IMG/VR virus record: IMGVR_UViG_3300045557_000069
Location: 1 to 33,829 of that record
DNA: 33,829 bases
From: a virus
Taxonomy: Duplodnaviria; Caudoviricetes
Reading direction: 5' to 3' (one strand)
Positions 1 to 7,874 of the stretch are shown here, piece by piece (positions within the stretch are counted from its first letter, which is position 1; the number at the start of each line of letters is the position of its first letter). A program made the translations under genes and the position numbers. The notes under the pieces were generated by a model that ran no database searches, had not been told where the DNA came from, and saw only the letters and a program-made list of their open reading frames with translations.

Positions 1-831
1 CTATTTTTTGCCAGATTTTTTATCAATGAGTTTTATCTGTTTGCTTTTTGCTTTTAATTGTTTTCGAACCTCTTGAATATCTTCATGAGGAGGTAAATTT
101 TCAGGTAACACCCCACTTATTTCTTTCATGGTTTGCCTAACTTTTTTTCCTACAGTTTCAGCAGTTGCTTCTAAAGACATCTGTCCCTTTATGTTATCCT
201 GTTTAATTTTTAATTCGGTTTGTGTAATTCTAAAAAGATTAGCTGCCAATTCCTCTTTACCCATAAAATCTAAAGGAGACTTATTTGAAGGAATATTTCT
301 TATTTGTTTTAGCTGACTGATACTTTTATTATACATGCCTCTATATCCAGCATTTTGAAAAAAAGCATAATTTTCCACTCCAGCACTTCGAACAACTCCT
401 GATAAGCTTGCTTCTCTTTCAGAGATTTCACCTCGTACAATAATTCTTTCAACCTTATTTGCTTCATCTATATAATTATGAACAGCTCCTGCTAAAGTTG
501 CAAAATAGGCTTGAGCCATAGCAACTCCTGATTTTCTACTATCTGCATTCATTACTGTCAGATAACAAGCAAAACGAGACATTTTATAATCAACTGAGCT
601 TTTACCTTCAATTATTTTATGTTCTTGTATAAAATTATCAAATATTGGAATATTTAAGGTATTACAGGTAGTCATAGCTTTATTTATTGCTTTATTAAAA
701 GAATTTAAACTTTCATATTCGAGCAATTTCATTAGATCAGTTGCATACCAAAAAGTAAAGCCATTTTCATGACTATAGTTTTCAAAATTTTCACCTGAAA
801 AACTACATATAAAAATATCTAAATCAGACAT
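1..831 (-). CDS. dinD: DNA-damage-inducible protein D family (Bro-N domain + DinD C-terminus)
   Basis: Motifs FWYATDLMKLLEY, DYKMSRFACYL..MNAD.RK..VA.AQAYFA, FQNAGYRGMY, DFMGKEELAANLFRITQTE, LPENLP match the DinD family. Confidence 0.85.
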   Translation of the reverse strand: MSDLDIFICSFSGENFENYSHENGFTFWYATDLMKLLEYESLNSFNKAINKAMTTCNTLNIPIFDNFIQEHKIIEGKSSVDYKMSRFACYLTVMNADSRKSGVAMAQAYFATLAGAVHNYIDEANKVERIIVRGEISEREASLSGVVRSAGVENYAFFQNAGYRGMYNKSISQLKQIRNIPSNKSPLDFMGKEELAANLFRITQTELKIKQDNIKGQMSLEATAETVGKKVRQTMKEISGVLPENLPPHEDIQEVRKQLKAKSKQIKLIDKKSGKK

Positions 832-833
832 AT
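818..833 (-). repeat. 16-bp direct repeat copy A (ATATGTCTGATTTAGA on minus strand) at the dinD start
   Basis: tctaaatcagacatat at 818-833 is identical to 6082-6097. Confidence 0.9.
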
Positions 834-845
834 GCTATGTTTTTA

Positions 846-853
846 CAAATATA
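846..853 (-). promoter_or_regulatory. Bacteroidota -7 promoter box (TATATTTG) upstream of dinD
   Basis: caaatata on plus strand = TAnnTTTG on minus strand, 14 nt before the ATG; no clear -33 TTTG. Confidence 0.55.
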
Positions 854-928
854 GTCATTTTTTATTGATGGAACCACACTAGAGACATACTATACAATTT
901 ACAAAATTAGCAATTTATTTATACAATT

Positions 929-1825
929 TCAGCCTTTAGGATTCTCTGGTAGAGAACTTATAAATATTGAAAATCCTAAAGGATTAATTGGTATCTCTTC
1001 TTCATTAATTGGAATAAAGGAGGAGTTGAATACCAAAGGAATATTATCAAGTTTATATGTTGTTGGAATGAAGCTATTATTAAGATGATCTCTAATTCCT
1101 CTAAATTCCTTTGGTTGGATGTATTTTAGGTAGAATTTTTTTTGTATGTTAATGCTTAAAGTTGATCCAGGTTGTTCAAAGGTTGGATATTTTTTTAGAC
1201 GAAGAGGGGGGGTAAAAGAAAATTGATTATTTTTAGAAAAGTCAATTTGACCATTTTTCATAAAGTTCTTAATATGATCATCAATTTTTAAAAATGTCTT
1301 TCCACCATCGATACTAAAATTAAACTTATCTTCATTTGTTATACGAACACCTCCATGTGTTCGGTTTATTTCGTTCATTGTTTCACTTGACACCAGAATT
1401 GAAATTGCATAAGAAAGTAAATAGTTTACATATATTACTGGAATGTCAACTTTTGCTTTCCATTTATGAGACTCAATGTCTTCTACTGATAGTAATTCGA
1501 TTCCTAATGTTTTGGCATATTGATAATTTGTTTTTGCAAATCCTCTTGAGCAGACTAAAAATCCTTTATGAGCACCTACATCTTTAATGACAGACGAAAA
1601 TTCCCCTAAAACAATTATATTAGCAGGGTGTGTTGTAAAATCTTTTGCCTGGACAATATATAAAATCTTTTGCCCTTCTATTTCTCCCCAAATCGAAATA
1701 TCAATTTCCCTGAAAATTTTACTTTCATTACCAATGATTTTATCATTTTGCTTTAAATCAAATCCTTTAAAATATTCTGAAAATATTTTAAATACAAAAT
1801 CTTCATATTCCTTCCCTTTCTTCAT
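929..1825 (-). CDS. Mrr-like (type IV) PD-(D/E)XK restriction endonuclease with uncharacterised C-terminal domain
   Basis: N-terminal GKEYEDFV...REIDI...IVQAKD...GFLVCSRGF..AKTLGIEL fits Mrr_cat (D..QxK); about 180 aa C-terminal region not recognised. Confidence 0.75.
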   Translation of the reverse strand: MKKGKEYEDFVFKIFSEYFKGFDLKQNDKIIGNESKIFREIDISIWGEIEGQKILYIVQAKDFTTHPANIIVLGEFSSVIKDVGAHKGFLVCSRGFAKTNYQYAKTLGIELLSVEDIESHKWKAKVDIPVIYVNYLLSYAISILVSSETMNEINRTHGGVRITNEDKFNFSIDGGKTFLKIDDHIKNFMKNGQIDFSKNNQFSFTPPLRLKKYPTFEQPGSTLSINIQKKFYLKYIQPKEFRGIRDHLNNSFIPTTYKLDNIPLVFNSSFIPINEEEIPINPLGFSIFISSLPENPKG

Positions 1826-1876
1826 CTCGGGTTAATTAAGTAAAAAACAAATACTGCTTAATTTATTATTAAATAT

Positions 1877-2224
1877 TTAGAGACTTATTTTTAATTTGTA
1901 TCTACCTCTCATTACTCTGATAAAATATTCATTATAATGCCCCGGGTTACCAACTGCATGTTTAGATAAAAAAGCTGGGCTATTCTTAAGGAATTTAAAA
2001 TTTTTAGTACTGAATGGTTCAGTAATTGTGCCATTTTTGACTAGTTCAATTATTTGATTTATTAAATGGCGCTGTCTATTAGTTGGATTTCTTTTACTGT
2101 TTTCATACAGCTCAATCATTTCATCAGTCTGTTTCTGCGAAATCTTCAAAAGCTCGATCAATTCATTGACCTGCCTTTGGGACTCATCTAAGAGTGTGCG
2201 GGGAACATAGTCTTCGGGGTTCAT
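1877..2224 (-). CDS. hypothetical protein (N-terminal coiled coil, possible C-terminal winged-helix)
   Basis: 115-aa ORF co-oriented and 11 nt from the TIR gene; heptad-like N-terminus and FIRVMRGRYKL wing-like end. Confidence 0.6.
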   Translation of the reverse strand: MNPEDYVPRTLLDESQRQVNELIELLKISQKQTDEMIELYENSKRNPTNRQRHLINQIIELVKNGTITEPFSTKNFKFLKNSPAFLSKHAVGNPGHYNEYFIRVMRGRYKLKISL

Positions 2225-2235
2225 AAGGTTTTTAC

Positions 2236-3276
2236 TTATTCAATTAATCCTTGTGTATCAGATAAGATCCTATTAAAATATATTTCAATAATATGTTGTG
2301 TCTTGCGATACATCATATGTGTTTCGTTTGATTGTATTGTCATTTCACGTATCATTGGATTCCTAAAAGTAAAGTCAAAAATTTCAAGAAATTCCTTTAT
2401 AAGCATTTCTTTTTCTTTTAGAGTTTTTTTGGATTGTATGGATTTCAGTGTCTCATTGCCGATTTCATAAATCCAAGGGAAGTCGTTTTTGAAAATGCTT
2501 AATGCTACTAAAATCGGTACTTGACTATTTTTACTTTTAGGCATATGCATCATTTCCTCCAACATCATTGGATGAAATTTCATTCTCCTTTTCCTAAAAT
2601 CAGGGTCAACTCTGCTTTCGATTCTTGAAGGTAAATCTTCAAACATTATTTTTACTTCTTCAAATAATTTTGCGACCGAAGTTTCTTCAACAATATCTTT
2701 TTTTGCAACTGCTTTATTACTCGAAATAATTATTTGTTCAGTGCTCTTTTTAAATGATTCAACCTGTGATTGAATAATTTGCTCATCAGGGTCAAGTCCG
2801 GGTACTTTTTTAACTAATTCATATACTAATTTTGTCAGTGATGATAACTCATCATCAAGATTTTGAAATTGTGCAAATGGCCCTTTTATTGCTCTACTTA
2901 ATGGAATGCCAATTGCAATACCAGTGACTTTTGTATTTAACTTTCCTTTTGCAACTCCAGCTTCATAGAGAATCCACGGTCTATCTACACTATGTTCTGT
3001 TAGTAAGCACACGACATCAGTTGCTTCATCAATTTTATCCATTATTGCAGGATACCATTCAGAACCATATTCTATACCTTGAGTTGGTTTTTTATCAGAA
3101 GATCTAAAAGATTTTAAGCCACCAGCACTTGCACTTTTCAAAAGCTTCGAAAATTCTTCTGCAAGTTCTGCATCTCTTGTGTCGTGACTTATAAACACAA
3201 GAGGAAATTTATTTTTTTGGATAATTTCGCTTGGTCCCAAGTTTTTTTCCGGCTCCGATAGAGATTTTTTAGCCAT
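2236..3276 (-). CDS. TIR-domain protein (TIR_2-like) with helical C-terminal extension
   Basis: Box1 VFISHDTRD, VVCLLTEHSVDRPWILYEAGVA with the catalytic-position Glu. Confidence 0.85.
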   Translation of the reverse strand: MAKKSLSEPEKNLGPSEIIQKNKFPLVFISHDTRDAELAEEFSKLLKSASAGGLKSFRSSDKKPTQGIEYGSEWYPAIMDKIDEATDVVCLLTEHSVDRPWILYEAGVAKGKLNTKVTGIAIGIPLSRAIKGPFAQFQNLDDELSSLTKLVYELVKKVPGLDPDEQIIQSQVESFKKSTEQIIISSNKAVAKKDIVEETSVAKLFEEVKIMFEDLPSRIESRVDPDFRKRRMKFHPMMLEEMMHMPKSKNSQVPILVALSIFKNDFPWIYEIGNETLKSIQSKKTLKEKEMLIKEFLEIFDFTFRNPMIREMTIQSNETHMMYRKTQHIIEIYFNRILSDTQGLIE

Positions 3277-3323
3277 ATTAAAATTTTGTATTATTAAGCA
3301 TCTAAAATTGTATATATAATAAT

Positions 3324-4271
3324 TCAGACATTACTATTAGTTAGTTTCTGTAAGATCTTTATAATTCTATCATCTGAGATACATTCTTGATTGTAATCTA
3401 ATGGATCAAAAGAATCATTTTTCCATTTCATTTCGATTATTGGGATGCATAATTCATTAGCATATTTGCGTAATTCTTGTTTCTGTTTTTCGTTTGTGAA
3501 ACTTGATATAAAAATAGCTATCAAACAATTTGTAACATCTAACAGTATGGTTTTTCCCGAAGTAACATCACCTCGTATTATTTCAATGTCACTTTTTCTC
3601 CTTTTATAGAGAGTTCCTATACGATATTCATTTTCGCCAGCATAATCGATATGTTTAACAAAAAAGGATTGTTTAATAATTTTTCTAACTTGTTTTTTAT
3701 AATTTTTAAGACCTATCCTTTCAAGATAATCACCATCAATATTTCCTAATTTTTTTAACAATAAATCACGGAAGGTAAGGTACTGTACATTATCTTCTAT
3801 TAATTTTAATCTTGATTGATTTAATGATAAGATTTTTGATTTTGCAAATGCGAGACATACACCTGTATAATTATCTGCATATTGATTCCACATTCTTGGT
3901 TTTGTAAAACCAAATAGTTCCTCATGTCCTCTGAATCCACAAATATAAAATTCGCTTGCGAAATCTGATCCCATTGTATTTCTACAAAAACTAATTTGAT
4001 AAAAGCTTTTTTCCAAGCTGGAAGCATATCTTAGTAAATGTTGACCATTTTTTGAAACTTCAGCTTTAGGAGGATCTTCATGAGTATTCCTTCTATAAGA
4101 GATTGACCTGTGAGCTTTTTTGCTCTCAATGGGATCAATTGAATTATGAGATTCGTTAAATTTCAAAGTATTATCATAAAGAATAAAGTCAATAGCAGTT
4201 GAGGCTTTAGTATAATGATAAATTATATCGTCATTATAAATACTTTTAAAAAAATCAATATCGATTCTCAT
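3324..4271 (-). CDS. DUF2971-like protein
   Basis: IYHYT, DPIES, ISFC, MWNQYADNYTGVCLAF, K..DYAGENEYR motifs characteristic of DUF2971. Confidence 0.75.
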   Translation of the reverse strand: MRIDIDFFKSIYNDDIIYHYTKASTAIDFILYDNTLKFNESHNSIDPIESKKAHRSISYRRNTHEDPPKAEVSKNGQHLLRYASSLEKSFYQISFCRNTMGSDFASEFYICGFRGHEELFGFTKPRMWNQYADNYTGVCLAFAKSKILSLNQSRLKLIEDNVQYLTFRDLLLKKLGNIDGDYLERIGLKNYKKQVRKIIKQSFFVKHIDYAGENEYRIGTLYKRRKSDIEIIRGDVTSGKTILLDVTNCLIAIFISSFTNEKQKQELRKYANELCIPIIEMKWKNDSFDPLDYNQECISDDRIIKILQKLTNSNV

Positions 4272-4295
4272 ATCAACGATTTAATTACTTATAAA

Positions 4296-4796
4296 CTATA
4301 TATCTGAATTGTATTGTTGCAGCAATTTATATAATTCCTTTTCTTTAATAATTTTAATATTATGTCCATCAGATAACAATTTCTCAACTTGTTCCATTTT
4401 TACAGGTCCATAATCGCTCCCAACTATAAAAATGTCAGTTTTCGAAGAGATAGACGTATTTATATCAGCTCCATAATTTTTCAGTAATGAAGCTAAATCA
4501 TTTCTTAAAGGGAATTGTTTAAGTTCTCCAGATATAACTACCTTTTTATTATAAAAAATTGTGTTTTTATTTGATACAGTCTCTAAATCTTGAACGAGAA
4601 CATCAGAATCAATTCTTCTTTCTGGATAAATAGTCCCGGTAGTTTTTTTTCGTGGTACTTTTAATGATTGTTCTTCCTTTTGATTATAACTATTATATAA
4701 TTGCTCTAATTGTTTTTGGGTTTTCTTTCTATAAGAAAAATGGATGATGATAAAAATAATTAAAGTGACGAATAAAATTCCTGTTATAGCTTCCAT
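4296..4796 (-). CDS. membrane-anchored BRCT-domain protein
   Basis: N-terminal TM helix (ILFVTLIIFIIIHF) then FYNKKVVISGEL...LKNYGADINTSISSKTDIFIVG..YGPVK...IKIIKE, a classical BRCT pattern. Confidence 0.85.
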   Translation of the reverse strand: MEAITGILFVTLIIFIIIHFSYRKKTQKQLEQLYNSYNQKEEQSLKVPRKKTTGTIYPERRIDSDVLVQDLETVSNKNTIFYNKKVVISGELKQFPLRNDLASLLKNYGADINTSISSKTDIFIVGSDYGPVKMEQVEKLLSDGHNIKIIKEKELYKLLQQYNSDI

Positions 4797-4821
4797 ATAA
4801 AATTCCTGTTATAGCTTCCAT
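4772..4821. repeat. perfect 25-bp tandem duplication spanning the BRCT gene start codon
   Basis: ataaaattcctgttatagcttccat at 4772-4796 and 4797-4821. Confidence 0.95.
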
Positions 4822-4875
4822 AAATTTATAATGGCTAAATAATATCTTGTTTATATTCTTATAATTATGATTAAT

Positions 4876-5373
4876 TTATTTATTAATTGTATTATGTGCG
4901 ATTTTATTGATTCCAAAATCAAAATAAAAGGTATCCTTATGAATAATTATTGCACCTATTGGATTTGTTGATCTATAAGAATGTGGCATTTTCCAACCTA
5001 TGTGTTTAGGTCGAAAATTATTCTCAAGGCTATCATGTATAGGAAGATATTTTTTTATGCTATCCGCAGCCCTAAGCCCCTTATGAAATTCTTGCTTGTC
5101 ATAATAAGCTACTTTTCCATTCATGTAGTTATCAACATAATTATAATCCTGAGACCATTGGAGGATATCTGATGTAATTTTTACATATTTTTCATCATCA
5201 GTGATTTTTGAGAACAATGAATCTAACTTCCCAAAACTTACGGATTCATATGAATTCCAATTGTCAAGATTTTCTTTGAGATATTCTTTGATTATTTTCT
5301 GCGCTTTTTTCTCTGGAGTAACAGAACAACCGATCGTTGTAAATACAACAATAATAAAAAAAAGATTCTTCAT
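4876..5373 (-). CDS. lipoprotein, candidate superinfection-exclusion protein
   Basis: Signal peptide II MKNLFFIIVVFTTIG-C; located directly downstream of the repressor. Function inferred from position only. Confidence 0.7.
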   Translation of the reverse strand: MKNLFFIIVVFTTIGCSVTPEKKAQKIIKEYLKENLDNWNSYESVSFGKLDSLFSKITDDEKYVKITSDILQWSQDYNYVDNYMNGKVAYYDKQEFHKGLRAADSIKKYLPIHDSLENNFRPKHIGWKMPHSYRSTNPIGAIIIHKDTFYFDFGINKIAHNTINK

Positions 5374-5411
5374 ATATAGTTTAAATCTGGTTAAGTCAAC
5401 CTTGCTGAGGC

Positions 5412-6095
5412 TTACTTCACAGACATGCTGAGTAGAACCCGGTAAATACCGAACACGTCTTTGAGAGATACCTCAAATGGAGCAAAAATGGGGTCGGGGT
5501 TAATCGAAATGCATTTCACACATCCTTCAGCACTCCCCGGCACAACTCTCTTCATAACAACTCCGTTACATGTATCGAGGACATAAGTACGTCCCCAATC
5601 TATAAATGCTTTTTCGTTAATTTTCTTAATAAAAACTTGGGTGCCGGACGGGTACTCAGGGGCCATGCTGTCTCCGGAAACAGTGATAGCAAAGTCAACG
5701 CCTTTAATGGGAGATATTATCTTTTCACAGTCTGCTTCCTTTATTCCGACTACAAAATCGTTCAAGGTCCCGGCTTGAGCGGAGAGGGGCAACAAGGATA
5801 CTAATGTATTATCTATTTCCCTGCTATATACAGACGTTGGGTCTGATACATTTCCGAAATCTTGATCTTTAAGCATTTCTCCTCTACCCTCAAAAATCCA
5901 AACATCGTTTATATTTTTATTTAAGGCTGTTATTGATCTTATAAATTTCTCACTTAACGGAACTTTATCGTTCATTACCTGTGAAAAATATGATTTAGTG
6001 ACACTTATCTTAGATGCTAAATCTGCTTCATTCTTAGCGTAATTATTAAAAATGAGCCATTTTACAACTTTTTTTAATCTCTCTAAATCAGACAT
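5412..6095 (-). CDS. cI: CI-like phage repressor (XRE HTH + S24 LexA-type autopeptidase)
   Basis: N-terminal HTH (EADLASKISVTKSYFSQVMN), Ala-Gly cleavage site (AQAG), catalytic Ser (SGDSM) and Lys (VMKR); divergent from the Cro-like gene. Confidence 0.9.
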   Translation of the reverse strand: MSDLERLKKVVKWLIFNNYAKNEADLASKISVTKSYFSQVMNDKVPLSEKFIRSITALNKNINDVWIFEGRGEMLKDQDFGNVSDPTSVYSREIDNTLVSLLPLSAQAGTLNDFVVGIKEADCEKIISPIKGVDFAITVSGDSMAPEYPSGTQVFIKKINEKAFIDWGRTYVLDTCNGVVMKRVVPGSAEGCVKCISINPDPIFAPFEVSLKDVFGIYRVLLSMSVK

Positions 6096-6097
6096 AT
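6082..6097 (-). repeat. 16-bp direct repeat copy B at the cI start
   Basis: Identical to 818-833. Confidence 0.9.
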
Positions 6098-6107
6098 AGT
6101 TACTTTT

Positions 6108-6192
6108 ATATAAATTAAGTTTAAATTAAATGATAAAATATAAATAAAGTTTATATATTTGTATTGTATTACATTATTTCAGTACAAAAGTA
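6108..6192. promoter_or_regulatory. immunity switch: two operator-like repeats and face-to-face -7 boxes
   Basis: ATATAAAT(T/A)AAGTTTA at 6108-6123 and 6138-6153; rightward TATATTTG 6154-6161; leftward TACTTTTG 6185-6192. Confidence 0.6.
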
Positions 6193-6276
6193 CGAAGTAA
6201 ATATAATAAAAATAATACCGTAAAATACTTATTACAAAAGATTTTCGGTATAAGAAATTATGATGATAAAAACGGA

Positions 6277-6705
6277 TCAAGTATTCAATAAGGAGTAAAG
6301 AGTAAAACCGATTAATGACAGGACTAATGAAACGTAACAGATTATTTCAAATATATGAGTTCGGCTTTTCTGTGCTACGGAAACTGATTTTACCTGCCTG
6401 TATTCACGAGCTGCGGATAGAACTTCAGTTAGAAAGGCTCGATGAATTTGATCTGATAAAAATATGTGATCTCGGTACGCAATGGCTGTCGAGAAGATGC
6501 CGAGTGACAGCAATGTCGTGGACAGAAAAAACAGAGCCTTCTGTTGTGGCCCGTTATAGTTATTGGAGTGAAGAGAAATTACAATGGCAAATACTGATAC
6601 GGCTACGAGCAAAAGATGTTGAAAAAAAGCAACTCTCTTTTCAATGGCTTGGCGATGAAGCATGGAAGAATGACGAAACTCATCTTCATAATATTCTTGA
6701 TTCAT
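6277..6705 (-). CDS. multi-pass membrane protein (antisense moron between the rightward promoter and cro)
   Basis: Three hydrophobic segments; own TAnnTTTG box upstream at 6732-6739. Confidence 0.7.
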   Translation of the reverse strand: MNQEYYEDEFRHSSMLHRQAIEKRVAFFQHLLLVAVSVFAIVISLHSNNYNGPQQKALFFLSTTLLSLGIFSTAIAYRDHIFLSDQIHRAFLTEVLSAAREYRQVKSVSVAQKSRTHIFEIICYVSLVLSLIGFTLYSLLNT

Positions 6706-6731
6706 ATATACTTAATAACTGGATTAGATAA

Positions 6732-6739
6732 CAAAAATA
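6732..6739 (-). promoter_or_regulatory. -7 promoter box (TATTTTTG) for the 6277-6705 gene
   Basis: caaaaata on plus strand, 26 nt upstream of the ATG. Confidence 0.45.
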
Positions 6740-6744
6740 ATAAA

Positions 6745-6975
6745 ATGAGCGCAACTAATACAACGACAAGTTTTTCCTTCAAAAAAGGCTGGCAGCAATT
6801 GCCGGCAAATAAAATGAAGGAGGTCCGTGCTTCAATAATGGAGGCGCTGGGCATAAAGGGAACTATGACTTGGTACAACCGCCTCAATGGAGATGTAGAA
6901 CCTCGAAAGAGTGAAGCGGAGAAGATTGAGGACATTTTCTATTTGTACGGAATAACTGAAGTTTGGGGGGAATAG
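6745..6975 (+). CDS. Cro-like HTH regulator
   Basis: ATG at 6745 after an A-rich leader (track start 6616 is too long); IMEALGIKGTMTWYNRLNGDVEP..SEAEKIE is a Cro/XRE pattern; first conserved rightward gene. Confidence 0.7.
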   Translation: MSATNTTTSFSFKKGWQQLPANKMKEVRASIMEALGIKGTMTWYNRLNGDVEPRKSEAEKIEDIFYLYGITEVWGE

Positions 6976-6976
6976 T

Positions 6977-7399
6977 ATGGACTCAACAGCTCAAATAACT
7001 TCCCTAACAAAAAGAGAGTTCGAAATTGCAGAATTGTTGGCATGGGGCGCGGCAAAAAAGGAAATCCCGGACATGTTGTCGGTAAAACCGGGCCGGAGGC
7101 CAATTTCTGTAAGAACCGTTGAGGTTCTCACTAAGAGCATATATGAAAAATTGCAGATACAGAAGGTGAGTGAGCTGGCAGTGTGGTATTTCTGTACTCG
7201 TTTTCATATTTCGATGGACTTATCACCGATTAAACGGAGAATGATAACTACAGGATTACTCATTTTGATCCTTATTGCTGAGGCATGCAATTCCTCAGAT
7301 TTTATCAGAACACGTGCAGTCGGTCGGTCGCTGAGGTTAAACTGCCGGATACGGCAGGGTGCATCTGGAAAAAAATCTGAAAATACATATGAATTATAG
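6977..7399 (+). CDS. LuxR/GerE-type HTH regulator
   Basis: LTKREFEIAELLAWG..KKEI...ISVRTVE...IYEKL. Confidence 0.85.
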   Translation: MDSTAQITSLTKREFEIAELLAWGAAKKEIPDMLSVKPGRRPISVRTVEVLTKSIYEKLQIQKVSELAVWYFCTRFHISMDLSPIKRRMITTGLLILILIAEACNSSDFIRTRAVGRSLRLNCRIRQGASGKKSENTYEL

Positions 7400-7401
7400 C
7401 T

Positions 7402-7671
7402 ATGGAAACAGCGGTAATTATAGCAAAAGAATCTTTTGATTTACTTCTCAAAAAGATTGATAACCTATCCTCTGAAGTTATATCATTAAAAAAAGAGGTT
7501 AGAAAGAGTGAGAAACTTTATAACATCACTGAGTCTGCTAAAAAAATGGGTATTTCAAAAGCAACACTGTTTAATTATCTCAAACTTGGCTTAGTTGAAT
7601 GTAAGCACGTTGGCAATTCCAGATATTTCACTCAGGAATTAATAGATGATTTCATTTCAAAAAAACAATAA
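7402..7671 (+). CDS. excisionase-like HTH_17 DNA-binding protein
   Basis: LYNITESAKKMGISKATLFNYLKLG....VGNSRYF. Confidence 0.75.
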   Translation: METAVIIAKESFDLLLKKIDNLSSEVISLKKEVRKSEKLYNITESAKKMGISKATLFNYLKLGLVECKHVGNSRYFTQELIDDFISKKQ

Positions 7672-7673
7672 TT

Positions 7674-7874
7674 ATGAAAGCAGATAAAACAATCGCGATC
7701 ATATCGGCAATATTCTGCCTGTTCTGTCTTGGTTGTGCTCTCTTTGCTAAGGGTGCAGAACATCACTACGGGACGGCGTTTATTGTCGGGATTTTTTCTT
7801 TCGCTAATTACCTTGAATACAGACGAAAGAAAAATTACAAAGAGTTCATTAAGAATCGAAAAGAGAGATCATGA
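7674..7874 (+). CDS. small membrane protein
   Basis: Two hydrophobic segments; tightly packed in the operon. Confidence 0.65.
   Translation: MKADKTIAIISAIFCLFCLGCALFAKGAEHHYGTAFIVGIFSFANYLEYRRKKNYKEFIKNRKERS

Noticed and set aside
2236-3276. Canonical Thoeris, CBASS or Pycsar system
   Set aside because: No SIR2/Macro/SLOG effector or cyclase gene recognised nearby.
832-5411. Integron-like cassette array
   Set aside because: Intergenic spacers share no attC-like conserved inverted repeats, and the integrase is a phage-type enzyme.
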